From an uncultured bacterium (GTDB lineage Bacteria; Verrucomicrobiota; Kiritimatiellia; RFP12; UBA1067): 64,000 nt of DNA. Each line of letters opens with the position of its first letter. Positions within the stretch are counted from its first letter, which is position 1. The translations under genes were made by a program, and so were the position numbers. The stretch spans positions 1,434 to 65,433 of the forward strand of contig CACYQU010000003.1 of NCBI GenBank assembly GCA_902776615.1, written 5' to 3'. The notes beneath the pieces were generated by a model, which saw only the letters and a list, made by a program, of their open reading frames with translations, ran no database searches and had not been told where the DNA came from. Positions 1 through 9,723 of this stretch are shown here, piece by piece.

Positions 1-969
1 TGTCACCCAGCCTACATAAAGCGAATGCTGGCGATAGTTGCCTTTCTTGGCGTCGATCGGACGCCCGAGCGCGCCCGAGTACGGACGCACCCCGGTGCGC
101 TGGCTCTGGCCGAGGCCGAGAACCGACGGACAGCTGGTGTCACCATTGAGGCGCGGTATGAAAAACTCGAATGTCTCAAGCGGCGGAAGCGACCAGTTGG
201 TCACGAATATCCAGCGCGCCTCGCGGTCATCGGCCTTCTCTCCGCCGGTCAGGGCCGTCCCCTTCGATTCCTCTATCTGCCTGTCGCGTCCCGCCTTGTC
301 GCCGTATGCGCCTACGAAACTCGGCGCGCCAATGGCCGCGAAAACCACCGCCGCAACCGCCACGCCCTTCCAGCACGGCAACTTGCGTTCGCGCACGCAG
401 CACCAGATGAAGTAGGCGGCGGTGAATACCGTGAAGAGGAGCCAGAGGTCCGGCTGGTAGAAGCTCGCCCACGCTACACACGCGCCGAGCAGCACCCAAT
501 TCTTGAGCTTGTTCTTGCGCACGGCCCTGTCGGCCAGGCCGAATGCGAATACGCCGAAGGTCATCCACCTGAACCAACCGGCGTGCCCCGCCGAGAAGAG
601 AGAAAGCCAATATCCGCAAAAACCGAGGAGCAGTCCCGCGCCGTAGCCGGAAAGCCGCGACAGGCCGCGTCCGCGCAGATAGTATGCGAGCCCCAGCGCG
701 GCGAAATACGCGGCAAGCGCGTATTGGAGCTCTTGCCAAAGATACGGCGAGCCGATGAAAGCCGTGACATCCCACGGCACGAACTTGCCGTTGCCGATCC
801 ATGTACGCAGTACGTCGGCCACATACCCCTTCGCCGGGAACGTCATCCGCGCATCCGGCATGACCGGACACGCGGAAAGGCTCCACGTTCCCCAAAAAAC
901 GAACCCCGCCAGAACCGCGAAAACCGCAGTAAAGGCGAGGAACCATGCCTTGCGTGGCGTCAGGCGCAT
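1..969 (-). CDS. YfhO-like polytopic membrane protein (GT-C-type glycosyltransferase candidate), partial, runs off the left edge
   Basis: Not in the ORF track because no stop falls in the window. Manual translation from ATG 969, abutting the K-subunit stop: MRLTPRKAWFLAFTAVFAVLAGFVFWG...many hydrophobic segments...TNWSLPPLETFEFFIPRLNG...NYRQHSLYVGW. Open to position 1. Confidence 0.7.
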   Translation of the reverse strand, partial: MRLTPRKAWFLAFTAVFAVLAGFVFWGTWSLSACPVMPDARMTFPAKGYVADVLRTWIGNGKFVPWDVTAFIGSPYLWQELQYALAAYFAALGLAYYLRGRGLSRLSGYGAGLLLGFCGYWLSLFSAGHAGWFRWMTFGVFAFGLADRAVRKNKLKNWVLLGACVAWASFYQPDLWLLFTVFTAAYFIWCCVRERKLPCWKGVAVAAVVFAAIGAPSFVGAYGDKAGRDRQIEESKGTALTGGEKADDREARWIFVTNWSLPPLETFEFFIPRLNGDTSCPSVLGLGQSQRTGVRPYSGALGRPIDAKKGNYRQHSLYVGWVT

Positions 970-1422
970 TTATCCGATCTTGCCGAGGGCGATCAGAGCG
1001 AAAACCATCGCAAAAATCGCGACCGTCTCGACGATGCCGAGCGCGGCGAGGTAGTTGGTGAAGCCCTGGTTGGTCTCGGCCTGCGCGTCGCACGCGGCGG
1101 CGCCGGCGCGTCCCTGGAAGAGCGCCGAGAGGCCGATCGCGAGGCCGGCGAAGATGCCCGAAACGAGAACGGGCACTCCTGCGTTCGGCACGTCGACCTT
1201 GCCGAGCATGATGAACATGAGAATCATTCCGTACAGGGTCTGCGTTATCGGCGCGCCCACAAACGACAGGAGAAGGAACGGCGCCGGCTTGTTGGCGGCG
1301 TAGCACTTCTTCCACGCGCCTACGGCCGCGGCGGCCGCGAAGCCGGTACCAAACGCACTTCCCGCACCCGCGAGACCCAGGCAGGCGATTGCGCCCGCGA
1401 CTATCATTGCTGCATCACTCAT
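970..1422 (-). CDS. ntpK: V/A-type ATP synthase subunit K (c-ring proteolipid)
   Basis: 150 aa, four hydrophobic helices, GAPITQTLYG and ion-binding GIVET; follows subunit I. Confidence 0.93.
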   Translation of the reverse strand: MSDAAMIVAGAIACLGLAGAGSAFGTGFAAAAAVGAWKKCYAANKPAPFLLLSFVGAPITQTLYGMILMFIMLGKVDVPNAGVPVLVSGIFAGLAIGLSALFQGRAGAAACDAQAETNQGFTNYLAALGIVETVAIFAMVFALIALGKIG

Positions 1423-1434
1423 CTTGTTTCTCCT

Positions 1435-3081
1435 TTAGTTGTTTTTCCTGAATGGACTAAACCCGTAGCCAGACCACGACACGCCCTTGTGGTTGGAAAA
1501 CTCGAGCGTGTTGAGGCGAACGGCGTGGACAAGTATCGAAAGGCCGGCCATCGCGAGGTTCAGGCCGTGGCCGACGACAAGTATCGCCACCATTGCGACG
1601 GACATGATCGCGTTCAGCCACCAGGCGTTCCCCGGGGAAACGAGGCCCGTGGCCATCGAGTTGAAGTTTTCCGCAACTTTGACGGAGGCCAAGCCAACCG
1701 CAAACAGGCGAACGTAGCTTATGATGTCGCCCAGCGCGCTCATGATGTTCAGCGGCAGCATGCCGAGCTCCGCCCCGCGCGTCTTCAGCTCGGACGGCTT
1801 TACGGAAAAGCCGAACACCGCCACCAGAGACGCGCCGAACATCCAAAACGCCCACGCAGGAATCGACGGGAATATGCCTACGATGGAGTTCGTCACGAAA
1901 TACATGAAGAGAAGAACCCCCGCCCAGCCGAATTCCGCAACTGCGGTGGAGTCGGGCAGGCGGCAGACCGCGTTCCACAGGCGGGCCAGCATCAGATGCG
2001 AAACTCCTATCGTGAAGCACAGAAGCATCATGTTGCCGTAACTCGGGTCCGCAAGCCACTTCACCGTGGGCCAGTTCGCGCAGAACGGAATCTGCGCGCC
2101 GAACCATGTATTGGAAAGCGCGCCCCACAGCACCGTGGCGGACGAGAACACCGCAAGCATCACGAACCAGCTGCGCGGCAGCTTGCGCCTCAAGAGGAGA
2201 GTGGTCGCGAGGAAAATCGCGCCGTACGCCCCGTCGCCTACGAGCATCGCGAAGAACAGCGAGAAATAGCACATGAACGGCACCGACACATCCGACTCCG
2301 TATAGGCGGGCGCGATTCCAAGGCCGTCGAAAAGAGCCTTCACCGGCTTGAACAGTTTCGGCGGCTCTATGAGAGTGGGCGGCGTCTCGCCGTCGGCCGG
2401 TTCGCGCAGAAGCAGGCCCCAGCCGCTTTCGCGGGCCGCGGCCAGCACGGCGGCGCACCCGCTCTCCGGCACCCAACCCGAAACATACGCCACGGCGCCG
2501 CTTTCGGCCATCAGCTCCTTCGCGCATTCGAACGCAATCTTGTCGGCAAGCGCCGGATAATGCCTCAGTATCGCCTGCTCGTCGCACCCAGCGAGGCGCG
2601 CCGTCGCGGCGGCGATCCGGGTTTCGCGCTTCGCGAGCCTGGCGCGCATCTCGGAAAGCCTCATCTCCGGTAGCTTCTCCGGGAGTTCGGCGACAGAGGA
2701 AAGATCGACCCCCGCGTCCATTATCTTCTTCGCCAGCGCCGGATCGAAGTCGCCGTAAGGCTCGTACTGCGCGATGAGGCGCTTCAACTCTTCGACCTCG
2801 CCCTTGAGCTGTTCGCGGTCGGCGTCGAGGGCGAGAACCTCCTCCACGGGATGGGGGCGCACCTCCAGCCCTTCGTTTTTGCTCACGCCCTCGCGCGCCT
2901 TGAGTATCAGCCTGACAGCTCTCTCGGCGTCTGCGGCCTCGCCCTTGGCGGCGGCGACCGCTGCGCCGGATGCGCTTCTCAAATCAAGGTGGACCGCCCC
3001 CAGCCCGCGAAGCCTGTCGAGAGTCGCCTCTTTCTCGGACGCCACGCAGACGAGATCGAGATGTCGCATCTTCACTATCAT
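1435..3081 (-). CDS. ntpI: V/A-type ATP synthase subunit I
   Basis: MIVKM start, GWVP, FFAMLVGDGAYG, DIISYVRLFAVGLA, HAVRLNTLEF motifs. Confidence 0.93.
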   Translation of the reverse strand: MIVKMRHLDLVCVASEKEATLDRLRGLGAVHLDLRSASGAAVAAAKGEAADAERAVRLILKAREGVSKNEGLEVRPHPVEEVLALDADREQLKGEVEELKRLIAQYEPYGDFDPALAKKIMDAGVDLSSVAELPEKLPEMRLSEMRARLAKRETRIAAATARLAGCDEQAILRHYPALADKIAFECAKELMAESGAVAYVSGWVPESGCAAVLAAARESGWGLLLREPADGETPPTLIEPPKLFKPVKALFDGLGIAPAYTESDVSVPFMCYFSLFFAMLVGDGAYGAIFLATTLLLRRKLPRSWFVMLAVFSSATVLWGALSNTWFGAQIPFCANWPTVKWLADPSYGNMMLLCFTIGVSHLMLARLWNAVCRLPDSTAVAEFGWAGVLLFMYFVTNSIVGIFPSIPAWAFWMFGASLVAVFGFSVKPSELKTRGAELGMLPLNIMSALGDIISYVRLFAVGLASVKVAENFNSMATGLVSPGNAWWLNAIMSVAMVAILVVGHGLNLAMAGLSILVHAVRLNTLEFSNHKGVSWSGYGFSPFRKNN

Positions 3082-3695
3082 GCGGCGGTCTCCTCCTCTT
3101 TCACCTCGGGCGTGCGGCCCTTGGCTATTTTACCGCGCGTCACGGCGGCCGTCTGCTCGTCGCCCAAGGCGATCTTGATTACGCGTATCGCCTCTTTGCA
3201 CTGGGGTATCTTTACCTTCTCGAAAAGATTCACGCGCTGCGAAGTCGTCTGCAGCTCTATCGTCACGAGGCGGCGCTGCTCTTCAAACACGGCTCGCTCG
3301 CACTGCAGCGAAAGTATCTCGGTCGTCGCCTTCACGGCGTCGTCCACCCAGGCGGGCGTCGCCCACAAATCGACATCCTTCACCTCGGTCTCGATGGACT
3401 CGAACGTCGGTATCGCCACGCCGGCGATGTTCGCCGACCCGGTGTTTACCGATTTCACGCCGACAAGCCCCGAAAGCAAATCCGCATCGGTGGCGAAAAG
3501 ACCTACCCACCCGTCAAGCGCCGCGCGCGCCGCGCGCTCCTTCGCAGCGACTTCTTCCGCTTTGGCGGAAATGCCGGCTATCTCGCTCTGAAGCTGCTGC
3601 TTCTTGAGCTGAAGCATGGGCAGGAAGCGCTGAAACCTCTTCAGCGCGTCCGTCTGGGCCTTTAGCTCGGTCTTGGTCAGTTTTATCTTCGCCAT
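3078..3695 (-). CDS. ntpD: V/A-type ATP synthase subunit D
   Basis: KLTKTELK...LPMLQLKKQQL, TTSQRVNLFEKVKIP motifs. Confidence 0.94.
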   Translation of the reverse strand: MAKIKLTKTELKAQTDALKRFQRFLPMLQLKKQQLQSEIAGISAKAEEVAAKERAARAALDGWVGLFATDADLLSGLVGVKSVNTGSANIAGVAIPTFESIETEVKDVDLWATPAWVDDAVKATTEILSLQCERAVFEEQRRLVTIELQTTSQRVNLFEKVKIPQCKEAIRVIKIALGDEQTAAVTRGKIAKGRTPEVKEEETAA

Positions 3696-3703
3696 CGCCG
3701 TGT

Positions 3704-3712
3704 ATTATACCA
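3704..3712 (-). promoter_or_regulatory. Extended -10 promoter TGGTATAAT for ntpD-I-K (near-leaderless)
   Basis: TGGTATAAT ends 8 nt before the ATG at 3695; no SD. Confidence 0.65.
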
Positions 3713-3729
3713 CTTTTCCGCGGCGAATT

Positions 3730-6700
3730 TCAAACGCCTGTCTGCGCCACCGGCTTGACGGTTATCCTCGCGGCGCGGCCGTTCAGATCGACCGCCTCGC
3801 CCTCGGACGGCCCGAAAACGAGCTTGAGCGCCAGAATCTCGGTCTTGACGTAATCCGCATGGGCTTCGATCGCCGATCTCACCTCTGCGTCCGCGTCGAC
3901 CACGACCTCGATGCGCTGCGTCACCTCGAAGTCGGCATCCTTGCGCATGGACTGCACATGGCTCACGAACTCGCGCGCCAGGCCTTCGGCCACCAGCTCC
4001 GGCGTGAGGGACGTCTCAAGCCCCACGACCGCCGCGCCTTCAGAGGCGACCACGAGGCCGGCCTTCGGAGTGCGGGTAACGACCACATCCTCGGCCGTCA
4101 GTTCCACGCCTTCGACCGTCGCCGAGCCATCGAAGCTCTTCATCGCGGCGATTGCGGCGGCGACGGCCTTCATCTTGGGACCGCACTTCTTTCCGAGCGT
4201 CTTGAAGTTCGCCTTGTAGCTTACGTCGCAAAGCGCCGTCTCGTCGGCGATGTGCTCGACGCTCTTCACGTTGAGTTCGTCCACGATGAGATCCTCGAGT
4301 CCCTTCACGTCCGCGCCTGCGATTCTGATCTTGGCGAGCGGCTGGCGAACCTTCAGATCGTTGTCGGCGCGGAGGCGGCGGCCGAGTTCCACGACGGTCT
4401 GCACGGCCGCCATGCGGGATTCGAGCGCGAGGTCGCGAGCCGCCGCGTTCGCGGCCGGGAAATCGCAGAGATGCACGGATTCAGGATCGCCCGCGCCCTT
4501 GAGGTTGCGGTATATCTCCTCCGCGATGAACGGCGTGAACGGCGCGGCCACCTTCGCGAGCTGAACGAGAACGTAGCGCAGAGTACGGTAGGCGCACAGC
4601 TTGTCGCCGTCGTTCGTCGATTTCCAGAAGCGGCGACGCGAACGGCGTATGTACCAGTTGGTGAGGTCTTCGACGAACTTCACGAAAGGCCTCACGGAAC
4701 GCTGCAGGTCGTACGCGTCCATCGCGGCGGTAACGTCGGCGATAAGCGTCTCCATCGAAGAGACGATCCACTTGTCGAGCACGTTGCCGGACTCGGGATA
4801 GACCACCTCGGCATCCGCGAAGCCGTCGACGTTGGCGTATGTAACGAAGAACGAGTATGCGTTCCACCAGGGTATCAGGAGGTCGCGCATGAGCTGCTTT
4901 ACGCCGTTCTCGGAGAACTTGAGGTTCTCGGCCCTGACGACCGGCGAATAGATCATGTAAAGGCGTATCGCGTCCGCGCCGTACGTATCGAGCATCTTGG
5001 TCGGATCGGGATAGTTCTTGAGGCGCTTCGACATCTTCTTGCCGTCTTCGGCGAGCACGAGCCCGTTGACGATGACGTTCTTGTATGGGCTCTTGCCGAA
5101 GAGGCAGGTTCCAAGCACCATGAGAGTGTAGAACCATCCGCGCGTCTGGTCGAGGCCTTCGGCGATGAAGTCGGCCGGGAAGAAATCGGAAACCGGGGCG
5201 TCTCCCATGTAGTGCTGCTGCGCATAAGGCATCGAGCCCGACTCGAACCAGCAGTCGAGAACCTCGGGGGTGCGGCGATAGGTTTTGCCGTCCTTCCTTA
5301 TGAGAATCCTGTCGATGAAATGCTTGTGGAGGTCGGTCACCTTCTCGCCGGAAAGCTCTTCGAGCTCCTTCGCGGACCCGACGCAGATCATGTCGGACGG
5401 ATCGGCCTCGTTGACCCACACCGGTATGCAGCTGCCCCAGAAGCGGTTGCGCGAAATGTTCCAGTCGCGCGCTTCGCCGAGCCAGTTGCCGAAACGCTTC
5501 TCGCCGACGTAGTCGGGCGTCCAGTGCACGGCGGAGTTGCTCTTCGCAAGGCGTTCGTGCAGGTCTTCGACGCGCACGTACCATGCGTCGATGGCGCGGT
5601 AGATGAGAGGGGTGTCGGTTCTGTCGCAGAACGGATACGAGTGGGTTATCGTAGCCTGGTGCACGAGTTTGCCGCCCGCCTTGAGCATCTTGATTATGTC
5701 TTTGTCGCAGTCCTTGCAGAAGCGGCCCTTGAATTCGGGAATCTCGCCGGTGAACGCGCATGCGTCGTCGAGCGGATCGACAAACGCCGTCATTCCCGCC
5801 TCGCGGCACACGCGGAAGTCGTCCTCGCCGTACGCCGGCGCGATGTGAACTATGCCGACGCCGTCGTCGGTCGTAACATAGTCGTCGTTCAGCACGCGGA
5901 ACGCGCCCTCGGTTCTCTTGTCGGCAAAGTACGGGAATATCGGCTCGTACTCCATGCCCTTCATGTCCACGCCCTTGAATTCGGCGACGGTCTCGTACTG
6001 CTCGGGCTTCTTGAATATCGCCGAAAGCCGTGCCTTGGCCATCACATACACAGGGCGCGCGTCGTCGGTGAGGTCGCGAACGGCGACATAGTCTATGGAC
6101 GCGCCGACGCACATCATGAGGTTCTCGGGCAAAGTCCACGGAGTCGTCGTCCACACGAGCAGGTATACCGTCGGCTCCTTTGCGAGAAGATCCTTGAGCG
6201 CGGGTGTCTCGGCCGAAAGCGCCTTCGTCCTCACTGTCACGGTCGGGTCTTGAACGTCCTTGTAGTTGGAACCGGCCTCGAAGTTGGAAAGCGGAGTCGA
6301 AAGCTTCCAGCTGTATGGCATGATTCTGTGCGACTTGTAGACGCGCCCCTGCTCCCAGAGCTGCTTGAAGACCCACCACACGCTCTCCATGAAGCCGAAG
6401 TCCATCGTCTTGTAGTCGTGGTCGAAATCGACCCAGCGGCCCATGCGTGTGACGGTCTTGCGCCACTCGTTCACATACTTGAGAACCATCGAGCGGCACT
6501 GCTCGTTGAACTTCTCGACGCCGAGAGACTTGATTTCGGGCGCGCCCGAAACGCCGAGCGCGTCCTGCGCGAGCGCCTCGATCGGCAAACCGTGGGTATC
6601 CCAGCCGAAGCGACGCTCGACGTACTTGCCGCGCATGGTCTGGTAGCGCGGCACGATATCCTTGATGGTGCCCGCGAGAAGGTGTCCATAATGCGGCAGA

Positions 6701-6867
6701 CCCGTTGCGAAAGGAGGCCCGTCGTAAAACTTGTAGCGCTCCTTGCCCTCGTTGCGCTTCAGCGACTTTGCAAAAGTGTCGTCTTTCTTCCAGAATTCGA
6801 GAACCGCCTCCTCCATTTTGGGGAAGGCGACCTTGTTTGATACCGGCTTGAACATTCCTGTCTCCAT
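3730..6867 (-). CDS. ileS: Isoleucine--tRNA ligase, type 2 (eukaryote/archaea-like)
   Basis: YDGPPFATGLPHYGH, WTTTPWTLP, DWNISRNRFWG, KMSKR; long type-2 C-terminus without Zn finger. Confidence 0.96.
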   Translation of the reverse strand: METGMFKPVSNKVAFPKMEEAVLEFWKKDDTFAKSLKRNEGKERYKFYDGPPFATGLPHYGHLLAGTIKDIVPRYQTMRGKYVERRFGWDTHGLPIEALAQDALGVSGAPEIKSLGVEKFNEQCRSMVLKYVNEWRKTVTRMGRWVDFDHDYKTMDFGFMESVWWVFKQLWEQGRVYKSHRIMPYSWKLSTPLSNFEAGSNYKDVQDPTVTVRTKALSAETPALKDLLAKEPTVYLLVWTTTPWTLPENLMMCVGASIDYVAVRDLTDDARPVYVMAKARLSAIFKKPEQYETVAEFKGVDMKGMEYEPIFPYFADKRTEGAFRVLNDDYVTTDDGVGIVHIAPAYGEDDFRVCREAGMTAFVDPLDDACAFTGEIPEFKGRFCKDCDKDIIKMLKAGGKLVHQATITHSYPFCDRTDTPLIYRAIDAWYVRVEDLHERLAKSNSAVHWTPDYVGEKRFGNWLGEARDWNISRNRFWGSCIPVWVNEADPSDMICVGSAKELEELSGEKVTDLHKHFIDRILIRKDGKTYRRTPEVLDCWFESGSMPYAQQHYMGDAPVSDFFPADFIAEGLDQTRGWFYTLMVLGTCLFGKSPYKNVIVNGLVLAEDGKKMSKRLKNYPDPTKMLDTYGADAIRLYMIYSPVVRAENLKFSENGVKQLMRDLLIPWWNAYSFFVTYANVDGFADAEVVYPESGNVLDKWIVSSMETLIADVTAAMDAYDLQRSVRPFVKFVEDLTNWYIRRSRRRFWKSTNDGDKLCAYRTLRYVLVQLAKVAAPFTPFIAEEIYRNLKGAGDPESVHLCDFPAANAAARDLALESRMAAVQTVVELGRRLRADNDLKVRQPLAKIRIAGADVKGLEDLIVDELNVKSVEHIADETALCDVSYKANFKTLGKKCGPKMKAVAAAIAAMKSFDGSATVEGVELTAEDVVVTRTPKAGLVVASEGAAVVGLETSLTPELVAEGLAREFVSHVQSMRKDADFEVTQRIEVVVDADAEVRSAIEAHADYVKTEILALKLVFGPSEGEAVDLNGRAARITVKPVAQTGV

Positions 6868-6889
6868 GCTTTGCCTTAAAAGAGTGGAT

Positions 6890-6898
6890 ATTATACCA
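6890..6898 (-). promoter_or_regulatory. Extended -10 promoter TGGTATAAT for ileS
   Basis: Exact TGnTATAAT 22 nt upstream of the ATG. Confidence 0.6.
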
Positions 6899-6948
6899 AA
6901 TCTCCCGCATCCGTGCGCATGGCACGGCTGCGAGAAGCCCGGCAGGTT

Positions 6949-8232
6949 TCAGCATCTGGTGATATTGGCGCCAAGCGCAGACAATGAATGCTCCACATCG
7001 ACATATCCGCGGTCTACGGTTTCGGCGTTCTGTATCACGCTTTCGCCCTTCGCCGCCAGCGCAGCTATCACCAGCGCTATGCCCGCGCGAATGTCCGGCG
7101 ATGTTACGGTGCAGCCGGAAAGCTGGGCAGGGCCGGTCACCACTACGCGGTGAGGGTCGCACTGGACTATTCTCGCACCCATCTGCCGCAGATGGTCGAC
7201 GAAATACAGGCGGCTCTCGAACATCTTCTCGAAGAACAGGCATGTGCCGCGCGCCTGCGTGGCCAGCACGATCAATATCGACATCAGATCCGACGGAAAC
7301 GCAGGCCATGTGCCGTCCGACAAAGACGGTATTGCATCGCCCAGATCGTACTTCATCTTGAGCTTGCGCCGGGGCGAATACCTGAGCGTGCGCTCGTCCG
7401 GATCGATGCTCCAAGTAACGCCAAAGCGCGAAAACGCGCCCGCGAGGACTTCGAACGGTTCGGGATCGATCCCCTTCAAGACCAGCTCTCCGCCTGTTAC
7501 GGCCGCGGCCGCTATGTAACTGCCCGCCTCGATGTAGTCGCATCCGACGCGTGCCTCGCATCCCTTCAGAACCTCTACGCCCTCGACGGCTATCCGGTTC
7601 GTGCCGACACCGGTTATCTTCGCGCCCATCGCATTGAGCATGCCGGCGAGGTCGCATATGTGAGGCTCGCACGCCGCGTTGTATATCTCCGTACGGCCGG
7701 GGGCCAAAACGCTGGCCATCAATATGTTCTCTGTGGCCGTCACGCTCGCCTCGTCGAGAAGTATGCGCGCTCCTTTCAGAGAACCGCTGAAACGCAATGT
7801 CTTCTTGCTGGCGACCGCCTTTGCGCCGAGTGCGCGAAAGCCCGCGAAGTGCGTGTCGAGGCGACGGTGGCCTATGGCGTCCCCGCCCGGAGGCGGCAGG
7901 GAAGCGCGGCCCGCGCGGGCGAGGAGCGGTCCGGCGAAAAGAAAACTCGTCCTTATCTTGGCGGCGGTCTCGGGCAGGATTTTGACGGACTTCAGCCGCG
8001 GCGTCACGAGGGTGACGGTCTTCGCCGCGCGGTCGCGCGAAATACGCGTTCCAAAGCCCTTCGCCACCGAAAGCATCGTTTCGACATCGAGAATGTCGGG
8101 CACGTTCGAAAGCGTGACAGGCTCGCTCGTCAGAAGCGACGCCGCTATCATCGGGAGGACGGCGTTCTTGTTCCCCGCGACCTCGTACGAGCCCGATACC
8201 GCCCGCCTGCCCTGTATGAGAAAGCGACTCAT
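6949..8232 (-). CDS. murA: UDP-N-acetylglucosamine 1-carboxyvinyltransferase
   Basis: GNKNAVLP, PGGDAIGHRRLDTH, SVTATEN, ACEPH, DIRAG, DRGY. Confidence 0.95.
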   Translation of the reverse strand: MSRFLIQGRRAVSGSYEVAGNKNAVLPMIAASLLTSEPVTLSNVPDILDVETMLSVAKGFGTRISRDRAAKTVTLVTPRLKSVKILPETAAKIRTSFLFAGPLLARAGRASLPPPGGDAIGHRRLDTHFAGFRALGAKAVASKKTLRFSGSLKGARILLDEASVTATENILMASVLAPGRTEIYNAACEPHICDLAGMLNAMGAKITGVGTNRIAVEGVEVLKGCEARVGCDYIEAGSYIAAAAVTGGELVLKGIDPEPFEVLAGAFSRFGVTWSIDPDERTLRYSPRRKLKMKYDLGDAIPSLSDGTWPAFPSDLMSILIVLATQARGTCLFFEKMFESRLYFVDHLRQMGARIVQCDPHRVVVTGPAQLSGCTVTSPDIRAGIALVIAALAAKGESVIQNAETVDRGYVDVEHSLSALGANITRC

Positions 8233-8234
8233 CG

Positions 8235-8894
8235 TCAGGACAATTCGTCAAGCCGCTTCGTCTCGCCGAACACGATCAACCTGTCGTCCTCGCGAAGAAC
8301 ATCGGTCGCCTGCGGTATTATGACGGTGCGAGGCTCTTTGGAATCTTCGGCGGGACGGCGGATGCAAAGAACGGTAAGACCGGTGGCCGTGCGGAAGCTG
8401 GACTCGGCGAGGGTTTTGCCGCGAACATTCTCCGGAACGTCTATCTCGGCGATGGAATACCCCTCGGAGACTTCCAGGAAATCGACCACGTCGTGGTTGG
8501 CTATCGCCCTGGCGAGCCTGTGGGCGCTGTCGCGATCGGGGTATACGACGGAATCCGCGCCAATGCGCCTGAGTATCTTTCCGTGAAGTTCGCTCGACGC
8601 CTTGGCGATAACGGTCTCTACGCCCAGTTCCTTGCTGTTCGCCGTGGCCATCATGGACGCTTCTATGTTGGACCCTATCGCCACAACAACAACGTCGCAT
8701 TCGCCGAAGCCGGCCTCCTCAAGCACATGAGGCTGCGTGGCATCGCCCTGAATCGCCGTGGCGAACTCGCTGGCCGACTGCATTGCGGGCCGGTTGCGAT
8801 CGACCAGGACGACCTCCATTCCGGCATTCATCATCGACTCCGCAAGCGACATGCCGAACCTTCCGGCGCCGATTATGCCGATGCGCTTTTTCAT
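8235..8894 (-). CDS. ktrA: TrkA/KtrA potassium uptake regulatory subunit (RCK_N + RCK_C)
   Basis: IIGAGRFG Rossmann motif, GDAT, IGADSVVYP. Confidence 0.88.
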   Translation of the reverse strand: MKKRIGIIGAGRFGMSLAESMMNAGMEVVLVDRNRPAMQSASEFATAIQGDATQPHVLEEAGFGECDVVVVAIGSNIEASMMATANSKELGVETVIAKASSELHGKILRRIGADSVVYPDRDSAHRLARAIANHDVVDFLEVSEGYSIAEIDVPENVRGKTLAESSFRTATGLTVLCIRRPAEDSKEPRTVIIPQATDVLREDDRLIVFGETKRLDELS

Positions 8895-9688
8895 GTTTCA
8901 AGCTCCATCTTGCGGGCTTCGCCGACCAGTTCCCTGGAATAGGGATGCTTCGGATTGCTGAAGAATTCCGCAGGGTTGCCGGATGTTTCGACGACGCGCC
9001 CGTTTTTCATCACAGCGAGCTTCGTGGCCATCTGCGAAACCACGCCCAGGTCGTGGGTTATGAGCAGCACGCCGGAATTCGCCTGATGCAGGCGCTTCAT
9101 GAGACGCAACACCTGCGCCTGTATCGTCACGTCGAGAGCCGTCGTGGGCTCGTCGGCTATGACGAGATCGGGACCGAGCATCAAACCCATCGCTATCATC
9201 ACGCGCTGCTGCATGCCGCCGGAAAGTTCGTGCGGATACGCAAGCGCCCGCTGCTCTGGATCGGGTATGCCCACTTTGCCGAGCCATTCAAGCGCATGCG
9301 CGCGAGCGGCCGGCTTGGACATCTGCTCGTGCAGAAGTATCGTTTCGACCAGCTGGTCGCCTATTCTGTGAAGCGGCGAAAGCGAGCCCATAGGGTCCTG
9401 GAACACCACGCCTATGCGCTTGCCGCGCAGTGCGCGCAAGTCGGCGAGCGGCATCGTAAGCGTATCCACCCCGTCCAGCAGGATTCGCCCTTTGGGATAG
9501 AACGCCGGGGGGCTCGGCAGCAGCCGGGCCACACTCATCGATACGGAACTCTTGCCCGAACCGGATTCCCCCACGATACCGAGAACTTCGCCGCGTTCGA
9601 GCTCGAGGTTCACGTCCATTGCGGCCTTTGTGACCTCACCCTCGTCGTTGCGGAACGATACATCCAAATCTTCAATTTTGAGAAGCAT
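8891..9688 (-). CDS. Oligopeptide/dipeptide ABC transporter ATP-binding protein (OppD/DppD-like)
   Basis: GESGSGKS, YPHELSGGMQQR, IADEPTTALDVTIQAQ, PKHPYS. Confidence 0.9.
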   Translation of the reverse strand: MLLKIEDLDVSFRNDEGEVTKAAMDVNLELERGEVLGIVGESGSGKSSVSMSVARLLPSPPAFYPKGRILLDGVDTLTMPLADLRALRGKRIGVVFQDPMGSLSPLHRIGDQLVETILLHEQMSKPAARAHALEWLGKVGIPDPEQRALAYPHELSGGMQQRVMIAMGLMLGPDLVIADEPTTALDVTIQAQVLRLMKRLHQANSGVLLITHDLGVVSQMATKLAVMKNGRVVETSGNPAEFFSNPKHPYSRELVGEARKMELET

Positions 9689-9723
9689 GTGCCTTGCCTT
9701 TGCAGTTTGGCGTGAAAAGTTTG

